Of a stretch of 64,000 bases of DNA, positions 62,352-64,000 are shown in pieces. Origin of the DNA: an uncultured cyanobacterium (GTDB lineage: Bacteria; Cyanobacteriota; Cyanobacteriia; Pseudanabaenales; Pseudanabaenaceae); the NCBI GenBank assembly GCA_963703315.1, contig OY969811.1, positions 1,664,001-1,728,000 of the forward strand. Reading direction: 5' to 3'. The notes under the pieces were generated by a model. It ran no database searches. It was given only the letters and a program-made list of their open reading frames with translations, and was not told where the DNA came from. Position 1 is the first letter of the stretch. Every line of letters starts with the position of its first letter. Made by a program: the position numbers and the translations under genes.

Positions 62352-62473
62352 TAGGACTTACGCAGAAGTTGCTAAGACCCTCACCCCTAGCCCCTCTCCC
62401 AGAGAGAGAGGGGAACAAGAAAAATTCTTACCCCCCTTCTCCCTCTCTGGGAGAAGGGGTTGGGGGATGAGGG
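62352..62473. mobile_element. Orphan IS701-type end plus REP-like CCCTCACCCC...GGGGATGAGGG element
   Basis: TAGGACTTACGCA is identical to the first 13 nt of the IS TIR; purine/pyrimidine-block inverted repeats at 62378-62473. Confidence 0.6.
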
Positions 62474-62489
62474 CGGTTTGTAATCTGTA

Positions 62490-64000
<1,511 letters not shown>

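Overview
A 64-kb, mostly core-chromosome segment of a cyanobacterium. The evidence is split rpoB-rpoC1-rpoC2, psb28, crr7, ycf46 and dense HIP1 GCGATCGC octamers; a Pseudanabaena-like basal lineage is my inference. Housekeeping genes include dnaK, mdh, rodA, menG, scpB, purF, purU, hemH, rbfA, hsp20, gdhA, trhO, murD, ftsI, pyrG and tRNA-Leu(CAG). Accessory features: (i) an IS701-family element with a 5-bp TSD splits a phage-like PD-(D/E)XK gene that reconstructs perfectly in frame; (ii) a higB toxin has an internal deletion while higA is intact; (iii) a phage-type ThyX is paired with a GT2-TPR glycosyltransferase next to the tRNA. The most unusual signals are a 52-aa sandwich-barrel-hybrid-like insertion in RpoC1 (gamma subunit) and a very abundant family of intergenic palindromes/MITEs. 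These share GC-rich cores closed by 3-nt loops but carry locus-specific, perfectly complementary outer arms, and occur nested, overlapping and tandemly amplified. No CRISPR array or prophage was found. Product calls rest on motif recognition by eye, not database searches.
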